DNA of 64,000 nucleotides from Histomonas meleagridis 2922-C6/04-290x (taxonomy: Eukaryota; Protista; Parabasalia): assembly GCA_020184695.1 (NCBI GenBank), contig JAANOX010000007.1:1-64000 (forward strand), given 5' to 3'. The notes under the pieces were generated by a model. The model did no database searches. It saw only the letters and a program-made list of their open reading frames with translations, and had not been told where the DNA came from. Position 1 is the first letter of the stretch, and the number at the start of each line of letters is the position of its first letter. The position numbers and the translations under genes are program-made. Below are positions 33,408 through 44,771 of the stretch, in pieces.

Positions 33408-33523
33408 GGGCAATCGCTTAATAACACGCGACTTTTTCTGAGGAAATTTGAATGCTTTATTCCCACTTTTGGGTACATCCATGAGAAAAGGAAAAATAAC
33501 ACGCCACTTTTTGTGTGATTTAT
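33408..33523 (+). repeat. Left TIR of MULE
   Basis: GGGCAATCGCTTAATAACACGCGACTTTTTCTGAGG...GTGTGATTTAT is the reverse complement of 35621-35737. Confidence 0.95.
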
Positions 33524-33754
33524 TTTGGCATTAAAGCAAGTCATCTCGTAGCATTTTCAAATGAAAACATGGTGAAACATTCATTTGTGAACGCAACGGC
33601 GACTTTTTAAAAAGGAGAATTTGGAATTCCAACAGTTTACGAAGGATTCTCGAATATGCTTATTCTCACATGATTTATGATGTTCTTTTCTCATGAACTG
33701 TTAAACTGTATATTCACATTTTTGATATTATGAGTATAATATATTAAGTTTTTA

Positions 33755-35597
33755 TTAAGTAGCTAAAACATTTTTTGGACATCTAGGTGCAGTATGAGTA
33801 TCACCTCCACATATACTGCAACGATATTTCTTCTTCACTTTTGGAGCGTTTGCTTTATCCACATTGTTTCTTGGATATCTTGAAGGCGCTCCAGAAATCT
33901 GTATGTGTTCTGGTGGAAGAATATCTCCATCTTCTCCTGTTTCATGTTCAAGCGAGCATAAATCATTTAAGGCTTTGTCTAGAATATTTCTAATTTCAGA
34001 AGATCGATTCGCGAGGGAGAAAAAACGTTCAAATTTATCAATGCAATTACTGTAACTCCAATTGTTTTCTTTGTTTTTTGGCCGTAAATATCTTTCAATG
34101 GTATTGGGATTATCTGTTTTATTTTCGTTAGTGATTATCAATCTACAAGGTATGTCATTGATTGTTAAGAGTGGGTTCTTATCTTCTTTAATTCTCATTA
34201 GAATAAGGTGTTTACAAGGGAGATTGTATAATGTATGATTTTTGCAGCAGGTCTCAGAGTATGGAATAGACAATACACCATTTAGTTTGAGGTCCATATA
34301 TTCAGAGAATATCATTGCTGAAGCAAATGTACCGAGTTTTTTCGAATCTTCTTTGCTCATTAATTCTTGTAAGATAATTGTTGGTTTATCACTTTTAGAT
34401 AATATTCTATATTTTTCACCTCTTAAATAAATTGCATATACAAGATATCCTAATGTTACAATCATATGTTCTAGTAAATTCTTGAGACTTCCAAAAAAAC
34501 CTTCAACTCGATTTGATGTTGTATTATCGCAATGTATATATTTTGAAATTATACTTGGTAGCCACTTATCCTGATCCTCTAATAAGTTTTGTAACAAACG
34601 CGATCCTTTTGTTTTTGGATGTTCATTTACATAATTATTACATGCATTGATAAATTCTTCTTCAGAAATTTCTTGGATTTGTAGCTTATGAAATAAATCA
34701 CACATTTCTTGCCCTGCCTTCTGTCGAAGATTACGAGAAATGTGAACACTGCAAAATATAATTTTGCAAAATGGAAAGACAAATTTCAGTGCTTTGACCT
34801 GTGTTTTGTTTCGATCGCAGATAAAGAGCCTGATATCACCTATTTTTTGTTTGATTTCTACAAAATAATTTATAAATTCATTTTTTGTTCGTGAGCATAT
34901 TATTGCAAAAGATAATACTTGGTTTCGACCATTTTGATCTTCACTAATCATTAATAAATAAGGGAGGTGATAGTAATTTGTACAACTTGTATCGTCAATA
35001 ATGCACAGATCATTAGCATATTTTTCAGACATAATAGGTTCGTGAAATACATAACATCCATTAAAACGCTTATTTTCATCTATTTTTGTTCGACCAATTA
35101 TTTCCATTTTTCATTTGATCAAGCAATTCATCCATTTCATGGTCTCGAATGTTTTTTAAGATTTTTCTTTCTGTATTGTATAATACATCTTTCGAACAAA
35201 CCAATCCTTGTTTGATGCGAATGTTATAAGCCGATAATCCTTGTAATGTTGAATCTCTGATTTTCGTTTTTTGTGTTTCGCTTAGTTGATTTCTTTCTTT
35301 TCCGTTGTATGATGCAGAAATTTCATGTGTGTGGTTTAAATCGCAAGAATCGAATTGTGCTAATTGTGTTTCGGGGTTGTAAAGAATCCTAAGGCATGCA
35401 TTGCAGTTATAGATTGTTCGATACTGTCTACAGCAGAAAAGTTGCATTGATCTTGATTCACCTGTTGATCTAGGAACATATCGGCACTTATATTGATCAG
35501 AAATCTCGCGCACCCGTTGAACAAGAGCATGTACATCTTCAAAGAATGCATTGTCAAGACGAGTAAATGCTTCTATGAGCTCAGGAGGAGTCTCCAT
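33755..35597 (-). CDS. MULE transposase (FAR1/WRKY-like zinc finger, DDE core, SWIM-like, zinc knuckle), one frameshift near 35105
   Basis: N-part C..CR..YNCNAC..H.H; catalytic IIDDT, ICDRN, CSVH and RVEG; SWIM-like CCKNH..LPCKH; C-terminal YRCSICGGDTHTAPRCP. The two ORFs overlap at an A5/G2 homopolymer stretch. Confidence 0.88.
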
Positions 35598-35620
35598 TGC
35601 ACTGATTTGGATGAAACATG

Positions 35621-35737
35621 ATAAATCACACAAAAAGTGGGGTGTTATTTTTCTCTTTTCTCATGGATGTACCCAAAAGTGGGAATAAAGCATTCAAATT
35701 TCCTCAGAAAAAGTCGCGTGTTATTAAGCGATTCTCC
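35621..35737 (-). repeat. Right TIR of MULE
   Basis: The reverse complement reads GGAGAATCGCTTAATAACACGCGACTTTTTCTGAGG...GTGTGATTTAT. Confidence 0.95.
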
Positions 35738-36567
35738 AAAAATTATTCACTAAAATCTCTATCGAGGAGGTTTTTGGCAGAAAAAGTGGGAAATGTCCAG
35801 ACGTTCACTTTTGCTTGCTTTACATACTATCGTCAGGAGAAAATGATGGCTTTTTGAATGATTTTGATCGGTAACTGAATTTAATTAAACATAAATATCT
35901 TGGAGGAAAATTATAACCAACAAATAAAATATGGCCTAATCAACTTTATTATTATTATTTTATTATTTTAAATTAAAATTCAGTAAGTTTGAGAATAAAT
36001 TACAAATATCTCGAAATTAATCAATTAATTCAAATTCATGATCACAACACAATTGTAAATGTAATATCTTCATATCAGTCTCGCAAAAATATAATATCAT
36101 TTATTTTTTTCTTCATAAATTCCTTCACTTCAGAAACACCACCCAATATATCTTATATGATTATTTAAAATCAAACTAAAAAAAAAAATAAATATACATT
36201 TGTCTTGAGTTTATCATCAGATTCATCATGGTTTCATTTCTCTGTGTTTTTTCATATAGCCTCTTATAAAGGTAATTGTAAATCAAAAAATTTATTAAAT
36301 CAATCAAAATTAATTCCATTCTGGTAATTCCCAATAGCATTACTATAATTCAGTATTTATTTTCAATACAATAATAATAATAAATATAACAAAGTTATTT
36401 AAAACAATGATATAAATATTCTTTTTATTATTAAATGGCTTTTGGTTTTATTTTCTTGAGTTCTTGATAAAAAAAGGCATAGTAAAAACTTTTTGAAAAA
36501 TTTACAAAAAGCACTTTTATGTTAACATCGTTGATATGGAGCGCCCCAATTTGACGGTTTTGTTAAA

Positions 36568-37311
36568 ATGGGAAATTCTCAATCATTTAATGAACAAGAG
36601 TCAGATGACAAGATTCGAAGTAACTCTTCTTACTTTGGAGACAATGGGAACTTTGATGATATGGATGCTAATGAAATAGCAGCAGCAATTCAACAACTTC
36701 AAGTTGAAAGAATGAGGAAATACAACAATAAAAATACTAACCCTCCACCACAAAGAAGCACACAACTTAAAACAGTAATTTCTGTTTCTAGTCCAGATCC
36801 ATATATCAAAAACTTTAATGGAAATGATTTCCTTTGCTTCGGAATCAAAACTGAAGCTCCTTGCAAAATTGTTGTTGTTGCAAATGGGCATATAAATTCT
36901 TTTCGAATACCAGTTTTAGATCGTACTGAGTTTTCAATTCCGATCCCTGAATATTCAAGTTTTGATGTTGAAATTACACCAAATCTTAAAAGTGTCCAAT
37001 CCAAACCCGGGTTTGCTATTGTTTCAAAACATATTCTTAATTTCAGATTATTAAATGATGAAGATGAAATGTGTTTCAACTTTGCCCAGCAACAACTTAT
37101 CGCCAACCAGCAAATATACAACATAACAGTTGGGAAACGGTGCAGAGTGGAAAATAGTGATGTAACAGGGAAATGTTGCATATGTCTGAAAAATGATGCG
37201 ACTGTTGCAATCGCACCTTGTGGCCATAATGTCCTCTGTGATGATTGCCTGGAGTCAAGGCAAGCCAAGCTTCATCACTGTCCATATTGTAATTCTTTGT
37301 CATCATTCTAA
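36568..37311 (+). CDS. RING-finger (C3HC4) E3 ligase with N-myristoylation motif (MGRN1/LOG2-like architecture)
   Basis: N-terminal MGNSQS and C-terminal CCICLKNDATVAIAPCGHNVLCDDC..CPYC. Confidence 0.85.
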   Translation: MGNSQSFNEQESDDKIRSNSSYFGDNGNFDDMDANEIAAAIQQLQVERMRKYNNKNTNPPPQRSTQLKTVISVSSPDPYIKNFNGNDFLCFGIKTEAPCKIVVVANGHINSFRIPVLDRTEFSIPIPEYSSFDVEITPNLKSVQSKPGFAIVSKHILNFRLLNDEDEMCFNFAQQQLIANQQIYNITVGKRCRVENSDVTGKCCICLKNDATVAIAPCGHNVLCDDCLESRQAKLHHCPYCNSLSSF

Positions 37312-37701
37312 AGGTGATATTAATTTTTAATTTTTTTTTCAACTAATTAATCTCATCAAAAATCACTTTTTAAACGTTTCTATAGTTCCTTCTACAATGC
37401 TGCAATTACAAATATACATCTATGAGAAAGAATTATATATAGCAGAAGTGAACGCAAAGAAGATTTATTCCATTACATTAATATATCATTAGAAAGAACA
37501 AAGAAATTATCATTTTATAACTGTTTCAGAGAACATAAAAATCATGTATCTGCATTGGATAAATAAAATACAAAAAATCTCCAAAAGCTTGATAAAAACA
37601 CCAACCTAAATTGTATTACTTAGCTTTTTCTTGTGTTTTTTATCTATATAGATAATCAGTTTATCATCTCATAAATTTGTTTCAACATCGCCAAGCTTAA
37701 T

Positions 37702-37971
37702 CTCGCTGTGAATTGTAGCACACATTCCTCTCTGTGAATTGTAGCACTCATTCCTCTCTGTGAATTGTAGCACTCATTCCTCTCTGTGAATTGTAGCACT
37801 CATTCCTCTCTGTGAATTGTAGCACTCATTCCTCTCTGTGAATTGTAGCACTCATTCCTCTCTGTGAATTGTAGCACTCATTCCTCTCTGTGAATTGTAG
37901 CACTCATTCCTCTCTGTGAATTGTAGCACTCATTCCTCTCTGTGAATTGTAGCACTCATTCCTCGCTGTGA
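37702..37971. repeat. 26-bp minisatellite, 10 units plus a 10-bp partial unit
   Basis: Unit CTCTCTGTGAATTGTAGCACTCATTC, nine identical copies. The first unit and the terminal partial unit both begin CTCGCTGTGA. Confidence 0.97.
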
Positions 37972-38248
37972 GCTTGTTCTGTCTATCTTCATGAAGCACT
38001 GCAATTTATAATTATAAACTGTACACAATCCGCGAAATGTAACTCATCCGCCGACGACATCCGAAACGACGCAAATTATCAAATTCGTTTATCTGCAACA
38101 AAAACAAAAACAAAATTTACGAAAGTGTTTAATTCATATTCGACTTTTCACACAAATCGGTGAACATATTATTATTATCTGCTTCTTCAATGTTCCTTTG
38201 GACCACTGAATGTTTCAGCACGTTGCCAATAATCAAATGTTAACACAC

Positions 38249-39340
38249 CTAAAAAATGCTTTCGAATTCGGATGCTTCGAATTCATATGTTTCGTTTTTG
38301 TTATTCTCGAGCACGAAAGTATCCTCTTCATCGATGAAATATGAATTAATCTGAAAAAAATTTTCTTTTTCTACGTTTAAAAACCTCTTTAAAACGTTAT
38401 CAAACACGAACATAAAATTACCAATAAACAAATCATCGAATGAATATTTGTTCGTCAGCGCATTATAACTCATTAAATATGTTCCGATTTCATATTGATT
38501 TTTGATCAGAACAATAAATTCGCCGGGAACTAATGACAAACAAACTATGTAATCCCCAACATCCATAGTCTTCAATAATGCTTTTGATGGACTTTCGCCA
38601 TAACTTAATCGGAAGTTGATGGAATTGATTTCTTGAATGTTTTGTGCCGAATTTTCAATAAATCCAAAGTACGAACAAAACCGATAATAGTTATCAATGC
38701 CAAAGAATTCACTTTTGTCATCGCCGCTCATTAATTTGAAGATATTTTTGGTCTCATTCGTAATATCTTCATCCGTTTTGAATATATTAGTGACAACTTC
38801 ATCATATGTAATTCCTTTAGATGAATTAAAATTTGTTTCCCATTCAGTTTGGACTTTATTAAAGAAAATCTTCTTCCATTCATTCGTTTGTTTGAGAGTT
38901 AATGAATATATATTTATGTTTAAAGATGAAATTGGTATGCTTTTGGCTAATATTGTTGTTTCATTGATTTCTTTGATGATATTATATGGTTGATAATTAT
39001 CAGCACATATCTTATGACGAATATTCCACCGCCTCTTATCTGAAAGTTGAATTTCTTTGTTGTTTTGAAATGCTGATGTTTCTTCTTTTGAGACTTGATA
39101 TCCTATTGCAGTTAAATTTTTGTTAATGGAATTTGGCTTGATCCGTAAGAAAGATCCTAACATAAATGAATTAACTAAGATTATATCTGGTTCTTGATAA
39201 CACCGAATACCAATTTGTTGAAAATCATAATTATGATTTTTTACAAATTCTAATAAAATTTCCATTTTCCTTTTAAACGGCATTTTGTTCCTTGCTGTCG
39301 CGACTGTCTTCCTTAGGTCTTCGATTGTTTTCGGCAACAT
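38249..39340 (-). CDS. Initiator-binding-domain (IBD/IBP39-like) protein
   Basis: FKRKMEILLEF..QIGI..ILVNSFMLGSFLRIKPNSINKNLTAIGY matches the parabasalid IBD pattern as recalled. It is followed by a helical region and an SH2-like C-terminal pattern. Confidence 0.75.
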   Translation of the reverse strand: MLPKTIEDLRKTVATARNKMPFKRKMEILLEFVKNHNYDFQQIGIRCYQEPDIILVNSFMLGSFLRIKPNSINKNLTAIGYQVSKEETSAFQNNKEIQLSDKRRWNIRHKICADNYQPYNIIKEINETTILAKSIPISSLNINIYSLTLKQTNEWKKIFFNKVQTEWETNFNSSKGITYDEVVTNIFKTDEDITNETKNIFKLMSGDDKSEFFGIDNYYRFCSYFGFIENSAQNIQEINSINFRLSYGESPSKALLKTMDVGDYIVCLSLVPGEFIVLIKNQYEIGTYLMSYNALTNKYSFDDLFIGNFMFVFDNVLKRFLNVEKENFFQINSYFIDEEDTFVLENNKNETYEFEASEFESIF

Positions 39341-40322
39341 AAAGAAAATGGCACTTTCGTTTGATGCGCTGGTTTGATGTTATAAAAACAAATTCAAACT
39401 TTTGTGAACTTTATATTTGACATGATCAAAATAAATTCAAAATGTGGTGTGATAAAAGGAGGACGTTAAAATGGAGAAAAGTTCCATTTTATAATAAAAA
39501 ATAATTTGGGCTAACAAATGGTATTCTTCACACCGAATAAAATATTTATGCATAAATAATTTTTTAAGTATTTTAGATTTAATTTTTTCAAAACAATCAT
39601 CGAATATTCATAACTTGTGAACGTATTATCGTCATTTTAAGGAATTAATGCTTTTCGAAAGAGTTGATGGGATATTAATATTTGATATTTAATTCATCGT
39701 TTGTGAGAAAAAGCAGTAAAGCTTTCTTTTAATAAAAATAAAGCTTTGAATTTGTAAATCACACAAATTTCACTATGAACGTTTTTTCCATAAAAGCTTT
39801 ATTTCTGTCAAAATTTGTCAGGGATTGGAGCTCCGATTTTATTATTGCAAAATGAGCATATTCCATGTGCGAAAATAATTATAATCTGAAAGCCTTCTGT
39901 CAAACTCACCTAAATTGCACATAAGGTGCTCATCATAATGGAACAAATTTGCTAGAAACGAAAATGTTTGTTTTATGATTACAGTTTAAAGTCTCTCAAA
40001 ATGTTGGAAAACAACTATTCAATCTGTTTTTTGTTTTTCTTCTCTTGAGGTCAAAAATTATGATTATCAAATTATGTAACAAGGGAAATTTTTTTAAAAA
40101 CGTCTTGCATTAAATTGTATTGTGAAGAATTTTATCAAAAAAAAGTAGTTTCTTCATGAAGTCAGTTCCTGTAATAAGGTGATCACAAGCATTTTGAGAG
40201 GTTACTTTTTAAAAGAACCATACTCAATTATTTTTGTTCAATTCAATATAACACAAACAAAATTGAAAGACCAATTTTTGAGTTCATAAAAATCGGTTTT
40301 TGTTTCTGGTTAAATTTTAGAA

Positions 40323-40808
40323 ATGCACGACAAAAAAGAGATCTCCCACGGCATCAAACTAAGCAAATTTAGAAATTATTCATTTGATACCTTCCTCCAG
40401 CAGACGCCCTTTACTCCGATCAATGAACACCCAACAAGAAAGCATATTGGTTTAACACGAACAAAAAAAATATCACGTGAACAAATAAGTTTTCCATCTT
40501 TTTTACAAGCTCAACGACCTTCCTCACAGACATTATCAAAATCCGATGAAGAACTTAACAATAAGTATAATAAAATCAAATCAATAGCACAAGATCATCC
40601 AACAAAAAAGGAAGACAGACTATTTTCAGAAATATCAGAAATACAAACTAGCATAGAATCAATCTTAAATGAAAGAAAAAAGTTTCAAGAAGATCATAAG
40701 GCCTGGATCGAAAAAAGAAAAAGAATAATAGCAGATGTATATAAAGATGCATCTTTTTACTCACGTGCTGATGAAACAGGTCCAAAACTTTTATTTCCGA
40801 TCAATTGA
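40323..40808 (+). CDS. Hypothetical protein with C-terminal coiled coil (161 aa)
   Basis: ATG-started ORF with heptad helix LFSEISEIQTSIESILNERKKFQEDHKAW. Confidence 0.7.
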   Translation: MHDKKEISHGIKLSKFRNYSFDTFLQQTPFTPINEHPTRKHIGLTRTKKISREQISFPSFLQAQRPSSQTLSKSDEELNNKYNKIKSIAQDHPTKKEDRLFSEISEIQTSIESILNERKKFQEDHKAWIEKRKRIIADVYKDASFYSRADETGPKLLFPIN

Positions 40809-41158
40809 ATTGATCTCTTCAAGAAGATTCACTTTGCAGTGTTGTTAATACATTTTTTTTTCAAACTATGTAGTGTGAATAAAATAATCTTTTCTTTCAC
40901 CCTTTTTTTTCTGTTAGTACCAAAGGTATTTGTGTTGAAGGCGAAACTTACTTTTTGTGTTTATCGGTGGTAGATCGCCCATCAAAAAGTTGTTTTATGT
41001 CCAGGTAATTGAGAGAAAATAAAATTTTGTAAAAATTGAGTGTTTTTAAAGTGACATGTATATTTGCTCTCATCATAATTAAGAGGAAACGGCCGTTTAA
41101 ATTTTTCTGGTAATTTTAATCGTAAAAGAATTCGAACAAACATTATCAATTAATATTA

Positions 41159-41941
41159 ATGAACAGGACATCTGAATTCTTTAGTTATTTAAAGCAAATC
41201 CCACCTAGAAACGATGTCCGTTCACCCCCATCTAGTAAGCCATCTAAATTTTCAATTTCTGCTCGTGATATTAAATCTCGACTTTTATATGCAACTGATT
41301 CAATAGAAACACTTCGTTCTTTAATGAAAAATGGTAACGTACTTAACCAAGATGAAACGCAAATACAGGAATTAATTTTTAATTTGAATGAGGACATTCG
41401 AACAATTAATCAAAAAATTCAAGAGTTAGAACAAATAAAACCACAGCCACAATATGCCTATAACATAGCACAAAGTCTTCGGCGTGTTCTTGCCACAATC
41501 ACTGAAGATTTTAAAGCAGCTATTCAAGAAAGAAGCGAAGCTATCCAGAAAATCAAACAAAGAAGACAAAACTTTGGAGTTTCTACATCACCAAAATCAT
41601 ATTCCACTACATATTCTGTTGATAATGATGAAGTTGAAATTCCTATGCAAAGCACAATGATGGAGAAACAGCAACGAGAGCGTTATGATATGGTCAGGAA
41701 TGTTGAGCAAGCGATAAATGAGATATCTCAGATGTTTGTGAGGTTATCTGAGATTATCGCATCACAAGATTATGAAGTGTTTCGAATCGACCAAAACACA
41801 GAAGAAGCGCTCAGTAACATCCGGGAAGGCCAGAACCAGCTTGTAAAGTATTATGAAAAGATAAAAGGAAACAAGTGTTTGATGCTGAAAATTTTTGCAG
41901 TGTTAATAGTTTTCTCATTAGTGTTTATATTAATTATTTAA
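41159..41941 (+). CDS. STX5: Syntaxin-5/Sed5-like Qa-SNARE
   Basis: N-terminal NRTSEFF (RDRTxEF-type Sly1-binding peptide), Habc helices, SNARE motif VEQAINEISQMFVRLSEIIASQ..RIDQN, and a C-terminal TM. Confidence 0.88.
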   Translation: MNRTSEFFSYLKQIPPRNDVRSPPSSKPSKFSISARDIKSRLLYATDSIETLRSLMKNGNVLNQDETQIQELIFNLNEDIRTINQKIQELEQIKPQPQYAYNIAQSLRRVLATITEDFKAAIQERSEAIQKIKQRRQNFGVSTSPKSYSTTYSVDNDEVEIPMQSTMMEKQQRERYDMVRNVEQAINEISQMFVRLSEIIASQDYEVFRIDQNTEEALSNIREGQNQLVKYYEKIKGNKCLMLKIFAVLIVFSLVFILII

Positions 41942-42111
41942 AGTAAATTTTTGTTAAAAAATAAATATTTGTTTTGAGAGTGATCGCATAATAATAAATG
42001 TTTAAAAAAAAATTTTTTTATTAAATATTATATTAAAATCAAGAAGATTTAGACTAAAATGTTAAAGTTTCTCAAGGAAACAAATATAATACAGAAAATA
42101 TTTTGATGTTT

Positions 42112-44349
42112 TTAATCAATAATTTTATTTATATCATAAATAGAAGTGATTGTTTGTCCATGAAACATAAAAGAAATCCAAACTTTCATTGTTAAATTTT
42201 CAACGCCTTGATTCATTAAAAGAAGAACTTGCTGAATTGGAGATTCTCCATAAGGCAGAAGTATATTACTTGATGGAGCTTGTGCTTTTAAATTCCACCC
42301 ATTTGGAACAGCATATTTTGCACTAAATTCTGGTAATGAAATCTTGGATTTACTAAAGAAAGATGTTCTAATAGCAATTTGTCTATTATCATTTTCATTT
42401 TTCTGGATTTCAAAAAATAATATAAAATCTGATGTTTGAATGACTTCAATAGATCCACGAGGTGGAGTAATATTGATATCTATGTCAGTTTTACTTTGAT
42501 ATGTTACAGGCTGTGTAATATTTCTTTTTCTAATTTGATCATTCTCTCTTTCAAAATCAACGAGTTTAGCATTATCATTTGTGTTTTGTGTATATGACTT
42601 AGACCTAATTCTAGAAGGTGAACTTGTTCCAATTTGTTTCATTGGACAATAAATATTTAATGAATTTCCTGATTTTAAAATTCTAATTATTTCTCCTGCT
42701 CTTTGTTGAACTTCTATACGATGATCACCACAAAATTTTCCAATAACGTTAATAATTTTATTAATTAAATCAAATTTAATGGCAATTTTTGCAATTGATG
42801 ATAAAAGATAACAAATTGTTGTTCCAGAAATCCCAGGTGAAAAAATTATACTTTGAAATATGTTAAGATAATAATCAGCTTTTTCACCATATTCACCAAT
42901 ACAAAAAGAAGCCATTTGAATGAAAGGCTGATTGTTTTTATTATTTGGGAGTTCTTCTTCTATTCTATTTAAAGCAAAACTACATATTTCATTACTATTT
43001 GAAACAAAACTACAGAAAGAATTTAATATCTCTTTGTTTATATATGAAGGATTTTCTTTGACCAATCTAATCAAAATATCTATTTTCCATTGAGGAGAAG
43101 GTGCAAATCTCTCAATGCATGTGAATAACTTTGGAACAATATCTGCGAGAAAATCTTTATCAACACTTTTCATGTGCTCCATTATATCAGGAACAAGTTT
43201 CTTTACATTTTGTTCATTAACAATTGCTGTAATAACCACAAGAGCTCTTCTTTTAATTGATACATCATCTTGTTCTAAGCATTGAACTATTTGATCCCTA
43301 TATCTTTGAGTTGAAAGATTATCAGCACTTCCTCTATTAATCATGTTTTTATCTGAATAAAGAATTCTTGTTAATGCAGAAAGAATTGAATAACATGTTC
43401 CTGGATTATTAGGATTTAATAATCTTCCGATTTGATTAATTGCAAGAGTTTTCAATGATTGATTCTTGCATGTTTTAACAATTGTTTCAACTGCTTCTAA
43501 AAGAATTGATTTCCCTATATTTGTTGATGGATCTAAAGTAGTAATTATACTTTGTAATAAAGAATCTATTTCATCAGATGGTTTTCCAATCATTCCAAGA
43601 GTTTTTATAGCAAATATTTGTGCAAATGGATCATTTTCTCCAACAAATCCATGTGCTCTAGTTGGATATATATTTCTTAAAGTTCTAATAAGTTCAATGC
43701 ATGTACTTATCATTGATTGAAACCTTGTTTTATTTTCAATATTTTTAAGTATTTCACTTACAATTTTTAAACCAACAATTTTCACGGCATGAGATTGATT
43801 CCCAAGAAGAGAAGGAATACATTTTTTTACCGATTCTATATAATCAGGATTTTCTCTTATACATGAAATTAATGCAGCACCTGCACATTTTAAAACTCTA
43901 AAACTTCTTGATTTCATAATAATATTTTCAATAGATGAAAATGCATTTGCTATTAAATCACTTCCTTTGTAATTTGCTATCAGTGATAAAGCCAAACATT
44001 GAACTCTTTCTTCATAAAATTTTAAGTCATTTAAAACTGTTTGATTTATTAGAAGATATGTTTCACTTTTGGGATCAAATAAAATACCTGCAGCAATGTA
44101 CCCAATAAATTTTGTCGAAAATCTAGTGCTTGCCATAACATTTGCGATTTCTACAAGAGAGAAAGAAACGTCATAACCTGCATGATTTAAAAAAATTAAT
44201 TTTGCAATTATCCTTAAGTGTCGTGATTTTTCTTTCATTTTTAATCGATTTCTGATTCGAGACAGTTCTTGTCCCATCATTTCCTTTCTCTCCTCAAGCT
44301 TTGGTTGTCGTGAAATTTCGATAATAAAATCGCGAAATGAATTTCTCAT
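42112..44349 (-). CDS. Adaptor complex large subunit, gamma-adaptin (AP-1)-like
   Basis: FRDFIIEI..EERK..ELSRIR start, KFIGYIAA, DPFAQI, DVSIKRRAL, EVQQRAGE, and an ear domain KYAVPNGWNLKAQAPSS. Confidence 0.85.
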   Translation of the reverse strand: MRNSFRDFIIEISRQPKLEERKEMMGQELSRIRNRLKMKEKSRHLRIIAKLIFLNHAGYDVSFSLVEIANVMASTRFSTKFIGYIAAGILFDPKSETYLLINQTVLNDLKFYEERVQCLALSLIANYKGSDLIANAFSSIENIIMKSRSFRVLKCAGAALISCIRENPDYIESVKKCIPSLLGNQSHAVKIVGLKIVSEILKNIENKTRFQSMISTCIELIRTLRNIYPTRAHGFVGENDPFAQIFAIKTLGMIGKPSDEIDSLLQSIITTLDPSTNIGKSILLEAVETIVKTCKNQSLKTLAINQIGRLLNPNNPGTCYSILSALTRILYSDKNMINRGSADNLSTQRYRDQIVQCLEQDDVSIKRRALVVITAIVNEQNVKKLVPDIMEHMKSVDKDFLADIVPKLFTCIERFAPSPQWKIDILIRLVKENPSYINKEILNSFCSFVSNSNEICSFALNRIEEELPNNKNNQPFIQMASFCIGEYGEKADYYLNIFQSIIFSPGISGTTICYLLSSIAKIAIKFDLINKIINVIGKFCGDHRIEVQQRAGEIIRILKSGNSLNIYCPMKQIGTSSPSRIRSKSYTQNTNDNAKLVDFERENDQIRKRNITQPVTYQSKTDIDINITPPRGSIEVIQTSDFILFFEIQKNENDNRQIAIRTSFFSKSKISLPEFSAKYAVPNGWNLKAQAPSSNILLPYGESPIQQVLLLMNQGVENLTMKVWISFMFHGQTITSIYDINKIID

Positions 44350-44771
44350 TTTTTGTTATGGTTTTGTTAAATTTTATGAAGGATTATTTTTCAAAAAAAT
44401 CAAAAAATGAAGTCACTAAATCTTTAGTGTTTAAGTAAATTTAAATATTAAAGAATATATAATTTTTTTAAACAAAATCAATTTTTAACATTATTGAAAT
44501 GATAAGTTATTTGATATTAAACTTCAAAAGAAATAATCAAATATGATATTATGTCATTACTATACTGATAAATCATGTGAAGAATGCTTTAATAAGAAAA
44601 TATCATTACAAAATTTTGATGAGACATAATTCTCCAATAGATATAGTGAATTTGAATAGTTTACTTAACATCTGACGATAAATTAACCATAATTCTACAT
44701 GTAAAACATTCAAAAACTCCGGCGGTTGAATTTGGTCATTTTAATTCAACGGTTATTTGACATTCAAACAA

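Larger units (their letters stand above)
33408..35737 (-). mobile_element. Mutator-like (MULE/MuDR) DNA transposon, 2330 bp, complete
   Basis: About 116-bp terminal inverted repeats differing at about 4 positions, an identical 9-bp flanking duplication AAAAATTAT (33399-33407 and 35738-35746), and an internal MULE transposase. Confidence 0.96.

Noticed and set aside
36601-37342. Antisense and alternate-frame ORFs within real genes (e.g. 36699-37268, 30115-30465, 11275-11829, 44977-45498)
   Set aside because: Shadow frames of well-supported CDSs.
37702-37971. CRISPR array
   Set aside because: Identical units abut directly with no unique spacers, there are no cas genes, and the context is eukaryotic.
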